Origin: Felis catus
Lineage: Eukaryota
DNA length: 64,000 nt
Direction of reading: 5' to 3'
NCBI RefSeq assembly: GCF_018350175.1
Contig: NC_058368.1
Coordinates: 218,986,001 to 219,050,000 of the forward strand
Shown: positions 63,901-64,000 of the stretch, piece by piece
How the letters are laid out: the number at the start of each line of letters is the position of its first letter
How positions within the stretch are numbered: the stretch's first letter is position 1
Notes under the pieces: model-generated
What the model saw: the letters and a program-made list of their open reading frames with translations, nothing else
Databases searched by the model: none
What the model was told of the DNA's origin: nothing
Position numbers and translations under genes: made by a program

Positions 63901-64000
63901 TATAGTTTTTAATTAAATTTTTATTATAGGCACGTATATATTGATATCTTCTTTCATTAGGTTATCACACTATACCCAGTGAAATTTTGGGTGTTTTGTC

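Noticed and set aside
1..64000. tRNA genes, CRISPR arrays or a prokaryotic defence/RT system
   Set aside because: The tRNA-like A/B boxes all belong to Can-SINE heads, there is no regularly spaced repeat-spacer array, and the RT/endonuclease motifs are LINE-1

Overview
This is AT-rich mammalian genomic DNA, almost certainly from a felid: it carries about 23 tRNA-derived Can-SINEs, the youngest matching the cat-type SINEC_Fc pattern. Most of the window is transposable-element debris. That includes two essentially full-length but disabled minus-strand LINE-1s (28863-36414 and ~41814-50160), several truncated L1s, MaLR (MLT1) solo LTRs, an ERVL-like LTR plus internal remnant, Tigger and hAT-Charlie DNA-transposon relics, L2 remnants and many microsatellites. 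Nearly all ORFs in the track are L1 ORF1/ORF2 fragments, SINE or microsatellite read-throughs, or chance ORFs. I can identify no intact gene and see no CRISPR array or prokaryote-style system. Points worth a second look: (1) a perfect 186-bp non-tandem direct duplication (1277-1462 and 3515-3700); (2) one 17-bp TSD enclosing both a full-length L1 and a 1.5-kb older L1 piece, a candidate 3' transduction; (3) three twin-primed (5'-inverted) L1s, one nested inside another; (4) stacked and nested SINE insertions with readable TSDs; (5) a few low-confidence minus-strand exon candidates of an unidentified gene. Repeat subfamily names come from my recollection of consensus sequences, not from a search.
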